From positions 9,960,727 through 9,993,020 of the forward strand of contig NC_068986.1 in NCBI RefSeq assembly GCF_001194135.2: a stretch of DNA of 32,294 nucleotides, in the 5' to 3' direction. Position 1 is the stretch's first letter, and each line of letters begins with the position of its first letter. The stretch comes from Octopus bimaculoides. Taxonomy: Eukaryota. Below the pieces are notes generated by a model. The model made no database searches, was not told where the DNA came from, and saw only the letters and a program-made list of their open reading frames with translations. A program made the position numbers and the translations under genes. Shown piece after piece: positions 31,760-32,294 of this stretch.

Positions 31760-32294
31760 CTCTTCATTATGTATATATGTGTTTGTGTGTGTTTTTTGGA
31801 AGACGTGTATTAATACGCTTGCATGTGTGTGTGTATGTATATTTGTGTGTAGGTGCATGTGTGTGTGTATGTGCGTGTGTGTGTGTGTGTGTGTGTGTCT
31901 GTGTCTGTATGTACTCCTGGCAACAGTCAGTTTCCTCTATAAAAGAATTCCACCCCCTATATCTGTCTGTCTGTCTGTCAATAATTTTCATCTTAATCTC
32001 TTTAACCTTGTCCCCCCCACCTCCAGCTGCTCTGTTGAGGTCAAAAAGTGATCATCTTTGTGAGAAGCTTCTCTAACTTCTCTTATCTTTATCATTGTTT
32101 GTATTTAGTCTATTATGATGGCAGGTGTGTGTGTGTGTGTGTGTGTGTCTATAGGAGAGAGGGAGGAAGAGAGTGAGTGAGTGATTATGAAAACTATTCC
32201 TACAACTATAGTTCTAGTAAGTGGAGGTGGGGAATCAGCAGTGATTGGCCTATATTTATATATATATATATATATGTGTATATATAAATATATA
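31760..32294. repeat. Microsatellite-rich end of window: (GT)n, (CTGT)n, (TA)n
   Basis: Directly visible; they explain the ORFs between 31687 and 32076. Confidence 0.85.

Overview
This is AT-rich (about one-third GC), gap-rich (12 N-runs) eukaryotic DNA that is mostly repeats. The SINE families and microsatellite tails look like an Octopus (cephalopod) draft assembly; this is pattern recognition, not verified by a search. It is not prokaryotic: there are no operons, rRNA, true tRNA or CRISPR array, and most ORF-track entries are N-gap, microsatellite or antisense-repeat artefacts. One convincing host coding segment is present, a 165-aa ORF of unknown function (16391-16888, +) behind a good splice acceptor. 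About 0.5 kb upstream is a ~1.65-kb internally deleted Gypsy-type LTR element (two ~260-bp LTRs, PPT, integrase remnants). Its 3' LTR has lost AATAAA but keeps CRE, E2F and NRF1-like motifs. The rest is tRNA-derived SINEs (one five-copy head-to-tail array), hAT and Mutator-like MITEs with TSDs, two foldback elements built from a ~160-bp subunit, and decayed LINEs (R4/Dong-like with REL endonuclease, RTE, CR1). Most notable: the possible LTR-driven orphan gene, two minimal hammerhead-ribozyme-like motifs, and a MITE whose loop is inverted between two otherwise identical copies. No clearly new biological system can be shown from sequence alone.
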